From Chrysomallon squamiferum (Eukaryota; Animalia; Mollusca): a stretch of DNA of 64,000 nt. Below the pieces are notes generated by a model. That model worked only from the letters and a program-made list of their open reading frames with translations. It had not been told where the DNA came from and searched no databases. Shown piece by piece: positions 1 through 15,450 of this stretch. Each line of letters starts with the position of its first letter. The first letter of the stretch is position 1. Made by a program: the position numbers and the translations under genes. The stretch is taken from contig CM022677.1 of the NCBI GenBank assembly GCA_012295275.1, forward strand, positions 19,220,001-19,284,000, given 5' to 3'.

Positions 1-10
1 GGTCCCCATT
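1..10 (-). CDS. Start of a TSR exon truncated by the window edge
   Basis: ctgttgttgcag|AA TGG GGA CC = (E)WGP; phase-1 acceptor like its neighbours. Confidence 0.75.
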
Positions 11-3000
11 CTGCAACAACAGAGGGCAGTACAGTTAGTGGTATTTACCACTAAGTTAAATCCCACAACAGATTATTATTGTTGTCATTGTTGTAGTAGT
101 TGTTGTTATGTTATTATTATCATCATAATTGTCATCACCATCATCAACATTTATTTATCTATTTATTTACTTGTTGTTTTGTTTATGTTTTGTTTTGTTT
201 TGTTTTGTTTTATTATTTGTGTATGGTTTGTTTAGTATGACTCATAGTCTATAAGAACATAATAAATTCTTATTTGTATTTGTTCATATTTTTCTTAATC
301 CCTGACATCTTATGTCAGAATGAAAACACTGAGATTATTGTTTGTATGGTTTGAAAATAAAATGCATTAATAACACATATACCTGATGGACTGCAAGGTC
401 TGATCATGCACGTCTTGTGATCTTCCTCTGTATCCATGCCTTTGCAGGGAATTGTAGGATTTGACTGACTCGCCGAACAGCCTTTCATACGAATTCTCAT
501 TTTTGTACCTCGTCCACAAGTTTTGCTGCATCGGCCGAACATTCCCCACGGTCCCCATCCTGTAAAACAGTATGTCATAATTTATACTTTAATAAGAGCC
601 TAGTAGACTAATGGTTTTCTTTTTCACAAACTGCATACCACCTTAAACAACCATGAAGATAGAAATTCTGTCTCAAATTAGTTTGAGTTGGATACTTACC
701 GTAAGATAAATTCATTGACGTGAACGTGTGTGTGTGTGTATCTGTGTGTCTGTTTGTGCCTGTGTGTGTGTGGAGAGAGAGAGAGAGAGAGAGAGAGTTG
801 TAACAGTTTAGTGAGTTTCTCAGTTCTTTAAATATCAAAATAGTTACTTGATAGACTGAAACAATGATTTAACTTTATTTTATGCAGAAGCTTTTTCTAC
901 ATCAGATTGTAATTATTCAAGCGAGTTTGCTGGTTCTATTATTTTTTATGTTCTGATACCGTTGACTATTTTACCCGAGCTACATAATTAAATAGTTTGT
1001 AGTTACTCTTATAAACCTCTGTTCCATTGCAAGTCTGAGGAATAAGAACAACAGTATGACAGTTTGTGTTATCTGGAAAAAAAAAACAATAATAAAAAAA
1101 AAATTAAAAGTAATAATGTTTTTTTTAGGAGAAATGACGATAGCGTCTATTACCTACCTTTACAAGGACGATTAACACATGGCTGGTGATCCTCCTGTGT
1201 AACAATGCCATAGCAGCTTCTTTTAAGAGTAGCTTTATCAACTGGACATCCCTTCTGACGTGTTCTTGTTCTGTGGCCATTTCCACATGTTACATTGCAT
1301 TCACCAAATGTGGACCATTCTCCCCACCCTGAAGCTGTGAATAGTATAATTTGTGTATGCTAGAGTTACCAATGAGATATCAAAAATATATTTATAACAA
1401 AAAATGGTTTGTAAAATTGTAGTTTTTATTAATATTTGCTTCTGGTGATCTGGAAAGTGATGTATAAAATAATTTTTCTACTAATGTCTCTTTATTTTGG
1501 TACTACTTTTCATTATTTTTTTTTCCTCCCTATTTTTATCTAAGAAAACAAAATACACCAAAGTTAGTTTGCCCCAAGAATTAGCTTTTCAAGATGGGGA
1601 AAATTTATCATAATGAAACCATTTCTTAGGCACTGAAACAATTCACCTTTATATTTTTTCCAATAGTTATGAATGACTACAAGTAATATAACATTTGCTG
1701 TAAATTAATGTATAGTAAAATAACCACAATTACTCACTGGATGTGTGTGCACTTATTTGTTTGTGATTTCATTTAAAAGTTTTCTTAATCATATTAACAT
1801 ATCTGGACACTGTTGTGTGTTGCACTTGAAATGCTGAATATTGGTTGTTGGTTTTCCACAGAATGGCTGTGGGGTATAGCAGTAACTGGATGTGTGTGTA
1901 CCTATTTGTTTGTTTGTGATTTCATTTAAATGTTTTCTTAATCATATTAACATACCTGAACACTTTTGTGTGTTGCACTTGAAATGCTGAATATCGGTTA
2001 TTGGTCTTCCACAGAATGGCTGTGGGGTACAGAAGTAAGTTCTTTTTCTCCAGTGTGTTCCACCACCACATGTCTTTGTACAGTCAGTGAAAATAGTCCA
2101 AGCTGACCACCATCTATAGGCTGAACATAAAATACACTTTCTCAGTAATTACAACTTAATACAAAGGTAGGTGCATCTACAAATGTCACATGTGTCTGTG
2201 TATGTTTGATTCTCTTTACAACTTTGTTGTAGATATGGTTGAACACATTTCGTCTGGCTAAGCTGTGATACCACTCTGGCTGTAATGTTTCTCGTCTTTC
2301 TTCAACATTTGTATACCATCATAGACAGTTGAGTCAGTCATCTCACCAGCGTTGCCTCTCGTATTTCCTAGGTTTCTACATCTTTCATGGCCAGAAACAT
2401 ACAGAAATATTGTATTTCATATAATTTTAGTATTTTTGTTGTTGAACAATTTTACATGATACAGTATTAACATATCACTATTCTGCAGTTTCTTATATAG
2501 CAATATTTCTACTTTTGAAAATAGGTTTTCTGTCATGGTCTTCAGTTATATTACCATGAAATTAGATAATCTTTCTTCATTTCTTTCAACATGACACCAT
2601 ATTAATGTATTAGTTTACAGTCTCTGATCTATAATTGCTTTGACACTCTGTGGACAGAAACCCATCAGCAAGGTTAGACAATGTGACTGTGTTATCATGA
2701 CAACAAATTATCTGCCTCCGAAGGACAACAATAACCACTACTCATTAAGTAGTTTTGAAATTTACCTTCGCATGGAATTGAGTTACACCTTACAATCTGC
2801 TCTTCAGTGGCACAGAACCCTGCTCCAGATTCACATTTCTGCTTGCGGATTCGTTTCTTTGTACCACAGCCACAGGATTGCGTACATTCGGAGAATTCAC
2901 CCCATGAACCCCAGTCTAATGTAAGAAGAAATAATAATAATAATCATAAGGAAGAAGAAGAAGAATTGTTACAATAGCAAATTAGATGCAGCATTTCAAA

Positions 3001-5247
3001 TAACCTGTAAAAAAACTAAAATTATAAAATAATGTGATTATGAATAAGGGATAGAAACAGATTCAATATTATTAGAAGTGGTAGTATACATAGTTGTTGT
3101 TATCAGAATCATTAGAAGAATGAACAGTTAATGAAAAGCCAATAAATAAATACATGTAAATAAAATAATAAATCAACCCTGTTAAATGTCTGTGCTTGCT
3201 TTCAGTATTAGGATACTATAAAAAGAATACTATTAAAGATAAGAAAAATAATTATGATATAAACACACTAAATAGCAAACCTATACATGGAAGTTGTTTG
3301 ACACATTTCTGCAATACGTAGCGCACTGGATTACGTTCCTCTGGACATCCGTACATACTGGAACCATTCACTAGCAGACAGAATCGTTTCTGTGCGAGAA
3401 ATCTAAAACCAGTTCCACACGTGACACTGCACGCACCTCGCAAAATAGTCTTCCAAGGTGTAACCTCTGTCAAGTATAAAATAAATGTAAGTTATTACTG
3501 AAAACAAAATGTCAGATCCAAGACAGATTTCTTAATGCTGCAGAGTGTTACAAAGGCAACAGCTCAGTTTTATATTCTTGGTATTATTTTCTGAATTGAA
3601 AGTTTCTTTGACTAACTCAACAGACAAAATGTTAAATAACTATTGCGACGAAACAGGTTTTTATTTGTCTCAGGTTCCAGACAAGATTTTAATCAGCAGT
3701 ACTTGTGTTAGTGCTATTAATATTATATTAATATTGCTGTGTTGTGGTTGTTATTCATGTTGTTCGTAGTGGTAAAACTTGTGACAGTGATAGTTTTGGT
3801 GGTTGCTGTGTATGGTATCTTATTATATAGCATACATATTGGCTAAACAAGCTACATAATCTGTCAGTTGAAATCACTGTTCTTTGTAAACTATAAAGAA
3901 AGGAGAAAAGATAAAAACGAGTGTCTTACTTGGAGGACACGGTCCAGCAATACATGCCTCGTGATCTTCCTCTGTAACAAAGCCATAGCAAGCCCTTGTT
4001 ATGGTTGCCTGCTCCGTTGGGCAGCCCTTTCTGCGACTTCTTACTTTTGTGCCTTTTCCACATGTTTTGCTGCATTGACTGTACATGCCCCATGGTCCCC
4101 AGCCTGCAAGAATGGATAAAATAATTTATTAATAAAACTTACTAAAGATTTTATTTTGCAATTTTTTTTTTATGAAACATCTAATATTAACAGTTTAATT
4201 TTTCCTACAGCTGAACCAACAAACTGATCAAACTATTATATATTCTTTTTATTGTTATTATTTTTTATTTATTTATTTATTTTATTTTATTTTTGTTTAT
4301 GTATGTAATTTTTATTTAATTTTTGTTCTTAGTTAAGCTGCTAATTATATAAATGCCTATCATGATATTAGTGATATGTCAAGAAACAAAAGAAAGCAAA
4401 AAGATTGACTTAAATGTTTTATTTTACATACTTTCATTAAACTCTCTCTCTCTCTCTCTCTCTCTCTCCCACTCTCCCTCTATGTCTGTCTTACTGTCAT
4501 AAAAATTTTTATAAGCAGTCTACTCATTCATATGTTGGTACTCATTTTATTCATATTTTTATTGTTTGGATATATAATTTGTCATAAGATCTACCTGGTG
4601 GCGGACAGGCTTTAACTATACATGGTACATGATCTTCCTCTGAAACAACACCATAGCAATATTTTGTAGCAGATGCTTGATTCACTGGACAACCTCTGGT
4701 ACGTGATCTTACTTTTGTGCCTGTTCCACAAGTTTTGCTGCACTGACTATAAATACTCCATCGTCCCCAGCCTGCAACAGCACATAATTTGTACACCACC
4801 CATTCTGTGTGTTTGCTTGTTTTTTAACAAATATATTTATTTGTCTAGATTGAAAAATATATAGAGAAATGACAGAAATGTATTTTTCTCCTACCTGGTG
4901 GTGGACACTGTTCCGCTATACACACTTCTGTATCTTTCTCTTTAACAATGCCAACACAAGCTCGAATTGCAGATGCTTCATTGACTGGGCAGCCTCTAAT
5001 ACGTGTTCTTTCTTTTGTTCCTTTTCCACAAGTTTTGCTACATTGAGTGAACAAACCCCATGGTCCCCAGCCTGTGGCAGTGATTAATAAAATTTGGATA
5101 CAGTCTTAAATCTATCTATGTCTGGAGCAACTGAGATTTCTTTATTGATTTATTTATTGATTTCTTAGCTTCATCTTCCTTTTCACCTTATACTGCTGAA
5201 TTATTATTATTATTATTACTATTATTATTACTATTATTATTATTCTG

Positions 5248-5293
<46 letters not shown>

Positions 5294-5305
5294 TGTTATT
5301 ATTAC

Positions 5306-5351
<46 letters not shown>

Positions 5352-5782
5352 GTTACTATTATTGTTATATGTTTACAATAAAGAAAGGTCCATTAATTTA
5401 AGTTCTGTTATAAAACATTTATTATTTTGAAATGTAGTTTGTTACTGAAATAAACACATATCTACCTGGTGGTGGGCAAGGTTTGTCTGTACACGTTTCA
5501 ATGTCTTCCTCTGTATAAATGCCATAGCAAGACCGGGTAGGAGAAGCCATACTCGTTGAACAACCTCTTGTACGAGTTCTTACTTTTGTGCCCTTTGCAC
5601 ACGTTTTACTGCATTTACCAAATGGACCCCATTGTGACCAGCCTGTATTCAAAATGGTGTGACAGTAAAATAACACTTGTCAGTGGTATATTTTTCATAT
5701 TTTCCAGCCTGTTATTATTACTATATATTATAATAGTTAACTAATGAAATATTTGCTATCTTTGAAGTGTATATTTATTTAC

Positions 5783-5818
<36 letters not shown>

Positions 5819-6450
5819 TTTATTTATTGTTTTTTACTTTTTTTTATTTTTTACTTTTTTTGTTATTATTATTTTTTTTTTTATACACTTTTTTTTTTTA
5901 AAATGAAGTTTCTGTGATTTAAGGGTTATACCAAATTAAAGAAGGACCTATTTGCAGATCACTTTTATTTTGTACAGAAAATACCATAACACTTTATTTT
6001 ATTAGTACTTCTGTTATCTACTACTTCTACTACCACTATTGTTGTTTTTATTATTTCCATTATTTTTATCTTCATTAAATTATTAATTTAATATTTTGAA
6101 TCTTAATAATGTCATGTCACTATTGTCAAACTTAATAAAAAAAAACGTACATAATATTAGATACTGACAGAAGACCTGGACAAAGACAAATTATAAACAG
6201 AAATGAAATAAACTTGCCTGGCGGAGGACAAGCTTGAGTTATGCATGACACATGGTCTTCCTCTGTAACGATCCCATAACACTCTCTTGTAGTGGTCGTG
6301 TTCTCTTTGGGACAGCCTTTCCTTCGTGTTCTTACTCTTGTGCCTTTTCCACAAGTTTTGCTACATTTACTAAACCTGCCCCATATTTCCCAACCTGTAG
6401 GAATATATAAAATAATATGTACACTATTTTATATACAAACAATATCTTTA

Positions 6451-6498
<48 letters not shown>

Positions 6499-9400
6499 TA
6501 TCTGCATCATTATCATAATTATTCCTTTCTCTCTTTATACAGAGCATTTATTTTTAGACCTATGTTTAGATTTACTTTTTGTTTCAATTTGTTTATTTAT
6601 ATATAATTTTTGAATTTCTTTTGTAGCATGCATATTCATTGAAATGTTAGCAACAAAACTAATGTTACTGATATCTAAGTTTGATACTGAATGGCAATTT
6701 GGTTGATGTACACTATTTCAATATAACATCTCAAAAGATGAACTTGTATAATGCCAAACAAGACTTCATGTGTTCTTGATGTTTATATTCATGAGGTTGA
6801 TAACAATAATGTTTCCGTGTATGGTGAGGTTGATCATTTGACAAACAGAGGCTAGACAGCCAGATATGCATGCTTACCATTCTATCATCTGGGATGGAAA
6901 TTCAGTCTTCGAGGAATAATGTATAATTACATAAAGAAAGCTTTCAGTCAGTAATAATAGAAGCATGCAACATCTACCTGGTGGTGGACACGGTCTCACA
7001 ATACATTGTTGGTGATCTTCGTCTTCAATGATACCATAGCAAGCTTTTGAAAGAGTCGCCTCACTCACTGGACAGCCTCGTTTACGTGTTCTTACTTTTG
7101 TGCCTTTTCCACATGTTTTGCTACATTTACTAAATGCACCCCAGTATCCCCAAACTGCAAACAGAAAAAAAAAAAAAAAAAAAAAAAAAAAGAAGAGAAA
7201 AATACTTATGATGATTTCTATGCCATTTACGGTATGTTTCTCTTGCTACTGCTATTGTGAATTCTATGACTACCATGTTTATTGTCATCATCATCGTCTT
7301 CATTATCATTTGGCATTCAGATGTATAATATGGACCCAAAAGTCCAACATTATGATAGGGAGTAGCTATATTCTACACATTTCATCATCTAGCATGAAAG
7401 CTGTGTTTCTGTTATTTTGAACAGTGTATTTACCTGGCGGTGGGCAAGGTCTTGCTATGCAGTCGACAATATTTTCCTCTGTCACAATGCCATAGCAAGC
7501 TCTCATAGGTGATGACTGATTTATGGGGCAACCTCTGGAATGAGATCTTGATTTTGTGCCCATACCACAAGTTTTACTGCATCGACTAAACTGGCTCCAC
7601 TGTCCCCAACCTAAGACATTGGATAAAATAATTCGACTAGAACTTTCTCTACATTACTACAACTTTAAAAAAAAAAATACTATATTTATTGTTATTGTTG
7701 TATTTGTTGGTGTTGTTGTTGTTGTTGCTCGCAGTAAGACTTAAGTCTTTGATTCCTAATGTTCATACAACTCAGACAAGATAGAGTTGTATAGCTGTCA
7801 TTCATCAATTTGAAATGCCAGGTGTAAGAGAAATAAAAAAAATATAAGTTTTTTTGCCTGGTGGTGAACAAGGCCTGTCTATGCATTCCTGATGATCTTC
7901 CTCTGTAACAATACCATAGCAAGTTCTTGTTTCAGTTGAATCCGTCTTTGCACAACCCTTCTTGCGAGTTCTCACTTGGGTGCCACTTCCACATGTTTTG
8001 CTGCATGAACTAAATGTGCTCCATGATCCCCAGCCTGAAATAGAGAATAATATAATTTATGTACAAATCTGTGTACATTGAATATATATATATATATATA
8101 TATTATATTAACTTTTACAAAGCTGTACCAAGTGGGTAGTGCCTATATCCATATATAAACTTTTCTATAACAACTAAAAAGTGAAATTTTGGTTTATTGC
8201 TTTTTTTTAACTTATTAACTGTAAACATCACTAAAAAAAATGTAAGCAAGTTTTTGTATAATGATTTTTATTTGTGAGCGAGAATAAAAATAAGAAAAGT
8301 ATTGGTTTAATGATTTTCATCAATATTCGATTTTAAAAAATCATACCAAATGAGTAATAGCTTATCTATATTTAAAACTCTTTATACATGAAGCATTTTG
8401 TTCAGTTATGTGTTATTATGTAAATTTGAAAAAAGAAATAAAGGTTAGGATAAAACCTTATAATAAGTACCTGGTGGTGGACAAGGTTTCAGAATGCATG
8501 GCTTAGCATCTTTATCTGTAACAATACCATAGCATTTTCTTGTAGGAGAAGACTGACTTGTTGGACAACCTTTGCTACGAGTTCTTATTTGAGTACCTTT
8601 ACCACATGACTTATTGCATTTACTGAACGGACTCCATTTTCCCCAGCCTGTAACAGAGGACATTATTGTGCCCAGGACAGTTCATATAAACCATTGATTG
8701 AATAAATAGAGACAGATTCAAAATATTTATTATTATTATTGGTGATCATGGTTTTAGTAATATTTTATTAATTGTTATGTCTTCTGTTTCTTTTGCTCTT
8801 GCTGTTCATGCATATTATATAAAATATAAATTTAATTCATTATTCTTAAACTGTCAGAAATACAATTATTCTGTATTCATATTCCTCAGCATTTTTACGT
8901 TTCTTGTATGTAATACAAAAAGTGAAATAACAGGAAAAAAATATTATATAGGTATGTTTGTGTTGCTTGAAAATGAATATTTAATATAGATAGATTGCAT
9001 AAATGTAATTCTGTAAGAATATGATATTTTACCTGGTGGTGGACAAGCTTCAACTATACATTGCTGGTGATCATCCTCTGTAGCAACCCCAAAACAGAGT
9101 CTTTCAGGTGTTGACTGACTCTTTGGACAACCTTTGGAACGAGATCTCATTTTTGTGCCACCTCCACAAGTACTGCTGCATGGACTATATTTTCCCCATG
9201 GTCCCCATTCTAAATAATAGAATTAGTATACCATCCTGTACATTTAATGATGAATGAAAATTATTAACTATATTATCATCATTACTAATACTGTCTTTCA
9301 TGAAATGCTATAATCTTTCTAAGTATTAATCAGGATTTGCATGAACTTTGCATGAAAAGCAATTGTAATATGTATAAGAAACAAATTTCAATTCATCATT

Positions 9401-11834
9401 AGGAAATTCATAGGCAACTATTTTCAATTAATGATTATTAGGACAAAGAACACAGACTCTTTTTGTTTAACTGATACCTTTCCAGTTATCAAAACTGTTT
9501 TATATATATTATTTATTCTGTTGAAAAGTTTATCTCAAAAACAGCAGCAGTCATTTTTGTATAACTGCCAGAAGATAAATAAATGTTGATGATATATTTC
9601 AAACAAAAATATTCATGAAAAAACAAACAACGTGAGACCTAACTAGAAGAAGTTTTTTAATCATAAAAGCTTCATTTAAATATAAATTATTAGAGGAAAA
9701 AAATAATGAGACTGTCTCTAGTAACACATCCTTAGGTCCAGATCTGAAATTTGAATCATATTATTTACTAATATGTATACAGTAAATAAAAAACTGAAAA
9801 AAAAGGATGTTGACTGACCAGTTCATTGATATTGTTCAGAATCTACAAAAAAAAGAGCATAATAACAAAGATATAGATTGAAATTACAATGTCAAAGAAT
9901 AATAATTAATGTCAGATTGTTTACCTGTATTATTTTCTGAATAGTACTTCAATTAGTGTATTCTAACCTGGTCAACCAAGATAGCAAGAATATTATCCTT
10001 GTTGACTATTCTCATACGAAAATGATTGTAAAATTGTCACATAATTAATGTTATAAATAAATAAATAAATAAACAATAATAATAATAATGAATGCTGAAA
10101 TATTTACAGCAGTTTATTCTTTTATCTAGCAACAAATACCTTTTCATTTGTGACTGTCATTAATATTTTTTTGAAGGAGCCAAAATTATTACTTCTGTCT
10201 TAATAACTGTCAGTTATGACAAAGCTACATCTCAAAATTTAGACACATTGTTACTGAAACAGACTAAATGATGATTAAACAAAAATGAACATTGTCTGGA
10301 CAGTTTAGTGAAGAAAATATTCAAAGAACCCATTTGAAAAGTCTATATATTTTATCTGAACTTCCATAAAAAAAGAGGTGTATTTAGATATTAATTTGAA
10401 ACAGAAAGTATCATCAGCTTTGGTTTAGTCATCATCATCAACATCATCATCATCATCATCATCAATATACAATTAGTAACTAATGTTACAAGGACCATCA
10501 TCGTTAATTATTGTAATTATATCCTTATTCATCTATATTTGTTGTTGACAAAATACAAATATAAGCTGACTGATAACATTTTAAATCTACCTTGTCGACA
10601 CGGTTCATCTATACAAGCCTTGTGATCTTCTTCTGTAACAACACCATCACAAGCTACTGAAGGAGTTGCCTGACTCACTGGACAGCCTTTACTACGCGTT
10701 CTTACTTTTGTGCCCTTTCCACACGTTTTACTGCATAGACTGTATGCACCCCATAAGCCCCAGCCTACAACAACAGATAATATAATTTCTGTGCACCCTG
10801 TTTTATTTTTTATTTATTTACTAATTTATTTGTTTGTTTGTTTGTTTATTTATGAATTTAATTCATATATTTTGTTTTTCATTCTATTTTTGTTTTCTCT
10901 TCATATTCTATTACTCATTTATATATACCTGAGTGCATTTGTTCTTTCTAATGGCAATAAACATTATAGTAATGTAACTATGCAAGGCTTTGCTGTCTAC
11001 CTGGTGCTGGACAGGCTTTAACTAAACAAGGCTGGTAATCTTGTTCTCTGACAATACCATTACAAGCTCTTGAAGACGTAGACTGACTCACTGGGCAGCC
11101 TTTGCTACGTGTCCGGATCTTCAAGCCCTTTCCACAAGTTTTGCTGCACTTAGTAAATGTACTCCATGCTCTCCAGCCTCCAACAGTATCTATTTCATAA
11201 AAATTCAGACTAATTTTATTTTACTTTAGTCATTTGTTCATTAAGTTTGAAATTACAAATATAATTGAAATGAATAGAATTTTTTTTATATAGCTTCTTG
11301 GTGATGGACAAGGTTTAGCTATACAAGACTTTCTATCCTCCTCTGTAAAACACTATAGCAAGCTTTTGTAGAAGTCGACTGACTCGCTGGACAGCCTTTG
11401 CTACGTGTTCTTACTTTTGTTCCATTTCCACATGTTTTACTGCATTGAGTATATAGACCCCATGCTCCCCAGCCTGAAACAGTAGACAATTTGAGTAGGT
11501 CCCATTTCATTTCTTCTGTATTTTTTTATTTACTTAGATTTATTTTATCTTATTTTACTAATATTTGAGATTATATTAATTGTGAAATTCAAAATATAGC
11601 AGAAATGAATGGAAGTCTTTTATATCTACCTAATGACGCACAACGTTGAGCTATACAAGACTTTCGATCTTCCTGACTAACTATGCCATAGCAAGGACTT
11701 GACGGAGTCGACTGACTCACTGGACAGCCTTTACTGCGTGTTCTTACTTTTGTTCCCCTTCCGCAAGTTTTACTGCACTGACTGTATGAACCCCATCGTC
11801 CCCAGCCTTCAACAGTAGATAATATGTATACAGC

Positions 11835-11877
<43 letters not shown>

Positions 11878-14800
11878 GTGTGTGTGTGTGTGTATTATTA
11901 TTAGTATTTTTATTATAGTTATTATTATTATATTTATTACTATCACCGTAATCATTATTATTACTTTAATTTATTTATTTTATTTATTTATCTTATTAAA
12001 TATAAAATATTTTATTTTATCTTACGTTTATTAATATTTCAACGAATATTTCAGTGTGCGAATTTTGAAATTACAAATATAATTGAAATGTATGTGTGTG
12101 TGTGTGTGTGTGTGCGTGTGTATATTATTATTATTATATTTATTATTATCACTGTAATCATTATTATTACTTTAATTAATTTATTTATTTATTAATTTAT
12201 TAATTAATTAATTAATTAATTAATTTATTTATTTTATTATTAAATAGAAAATGTTTCATTTTATCTTACGTTTACCATTATTCCAACGAAAATTTCAAAT
12301 TACAAATTATGAATTTTGAAATTACAAATATAATTAGTTTCATTTTATCTTATTTTACTAATATTTGAGATTATATTAATTGTGAAATGTAAAATATAGC
12401 AGAAATGAATGGAAGTCTTTTATATCTACCTGATGGCGGACAACGTTGAGCTATACAAGACTTTCGATCTTCCTGACTAACTATGCCATAGCAAGGACTT
12501 GACGGAGTCGACTGACTCACTGGACAGCCTTTACTGCGTGTTCTTACTTTTGTTCCCCTTCCGCAAGTTTTACTGCACTGACTGTATGAACCCCATCGTC
12601 CCCAGCCTGCAACAGTAGATAATATGTCCACAACCAATTTTATATATATATATCTATATATAGATATATATATGTGTGTGTCTGTGTGTGTGTGTGTGCG
12701 TGTGTATATTATTATTATTATTATTACTATTATTATAGTTATTATTATCACCGTAATCATTATTATTACTTTAATTAAAGTCGAAAATACGATTTATATC
12801 AATCCTATCTAATTCCTTTTCGTTTTCAAAGGAATATGTGTACCCGTGTTGAAATTAATAATGAATGTAGACATTTTATGTCTGCCTGGTGGAGGAGAAC
12901 GTTTTGTATGCAAGCCTTCCGATCTTCCTTTTCACCCGATACGATAGCAAACTTTTGTAGAAGTCGTCTGACTCGTTGGTCAGGTTTTACAACGTGTTCT
13001 TACTTTCGTTCCGCTTCCGCAAGTTTTGCTGCACTGATTGTAAGTATGCCATAGTTCCCAGCTATATAACTTTTATAGAGCTGATTCTGTTTAAACATTA
13101 GTGTTATTTTATTTTATTCTTTGTATTTATGTATTTATTTACTTTTTTCTAATCTGTTCCTTTCAAACGAAATATATAAATTAATTTAATGGGCGGGATT
13201 TATATCTACCTGGTGGCGGACAACGTTGAGCTATACAAGACTTTCGATCTTCCTGACTAACTATGCCATAGCAAGGACTTGACGGAGTCGACTGACTCAC
13301 TGGACAGCCTTTACTGCGTGTTCTTACTTTTGTTCCCCTTCCGCAAGTTTTACTGCACTGACTGTATGAACCCCATCGACCCCAGCCTGCAACATTAGAT
13401 AATATGTATACAGCCAATTTTATATGTATATATATATCTATATATAGATATATGTGTGTGTGTGTGTGTGTATTATTATTATTCTTATTATTATTACTAT
13501 ATTTATTATTATCACAGTAATCATTATTATTACTTTAATTTATTTATTTATTTATTTATTTATCTTATTAAATATAAAATATTGTATTTTATCTTATGTT
13601 TACTAATAGTTCAACGAATATTTCACTGTGCGAATTTTGAAATTACAAATATAATTAAAATGTATGTGTGTGCATGTGTGTGCGTGTCTATCTTATTATT
13701 ATTATATTTATTATTATCACTGTAATCATTACTGTTACTTTAATTTATTTATTTATTTATTTATTTATCTTGTTATTAAATATAAAATGTTTTATTTTAT
13801 CTTACGTTTACCATTATTTCAACGAATATTTCTGAGTGCGAATTTTGAAATTACAAATATAATTGAAATGAATGGAAGTATTTCTTTTTAACTACCTGGT
13901 GCTGGACAAGGTTTAGCCATGCAAGCCTTTCTATCCTCCTCTGTAACAACACCATAGCAAGCTTTTGTAGAAGTCGACTGACTCGCTGGACAGCCTTTGC
14001 TACGTGTTCTTACTTTTGTTCCATTTCCACATGTTTTACTGCATTGAGTATATGGACCCCATGCTTCCCAGCCTGCAACAGTAGACAATTTGAATAGATC
14101 CGATTTAATTTCTTCTGTATTTTTTTATTTACTTAGTTTTATTTTATCTTATTTTACTAGTATTTGAGATTATATTAATTGTGAAATGCAAAATATAGCA
14201 GAAATGAATGGAAGTGTTTTATATCTATCTACCTGATGGCGCACACCGTTGAGCTATACAAGACTTTCGATCTTCCTGACTAACTATGCCATAGCAAGGA
14301 TTTGACGGAGTCGACTGACTCACTGGACAGCCTTTACTGCGTGTTCTTACTTTTGTTCCCCTTCCGCAAGTTTTACTGCACTGACTGTATGATCCCCATC
14401 GTCCCCAGCCTACAACAGTAGATAATATGTATACAGCCAATTTATATATATATATATATATCTATATATAGATATATGTGTGTGTGTGTGTGTATTATTA
14501 TTATTCTTATTATTATTACTATATTTATTATTATCACAGTAATCATTATTATTACTTTAATTAATACATTTATTTATTTATTTATTTATTTATCTTGTTA
14601 TTAAATATAAAATGTTTTATTTTATCTTACGTTTACCATTATTTCAACGAATATTTCAGAGTGCGAATTTTGAAATTACAAATATAATTGAAATGAATGG
14701 AAGTATTTCTTTTTAACTACCTGGTGCTGGACAAGGTTTAGCCATGCAAGCCTTTCTATCCTCCTCTGTAACAACACCATAGCAAGCTTTTGTAGAAGTC

Positions 14801-15263
14801 GACTGACTCGCTGGACAGCCTTTGCTACGTGTTCTTACTTTTGTTCCATTTCCACATGTTTTACTGCATTGGGTATACGGACCCCATGCTCCCCAGCCTG
14901 CAACAGTAGACAATTTGAATAGATCCCATTTCATTTCTTCTGTATTTTTTTATTTACTTAGTTTAATTTTATCTTATTTTACTAATATTTGAGATTATAT
15001 TAATTGTGAAATTCAAAATATAGCAGAAATGAATGGAAGTGTTTTATATCTATCTACCTGATGGCGCACACCGTTGAGCTATACAAGACTTTCGATCTTC
15101 CTGACTAACTATGCCATAGCAAGGACTTGACGGAGTCGACTGACTCACTGGACAGCCTTTACTGCGTGTTCTTACTTTTGTTCCCCTTCCGCAAGTTTTA
15201 CTGCACTGACTGTATGATCCCCATCGTCCCCAGCCTACAACAGTAGATAATATGTATACAGCC

Positions 15264-15318
<55 letters not shown>

Positions 15319-15415
15319 TATATGTGTGTGTGTGTGTGTGTTATTATTATTCTTATTATTATTACTATATTTATTATTATCACAGTAATCATTATTATTA
15401 CTTTAATTAATACAT

Positions 15416-15450
<35 letters not shown>

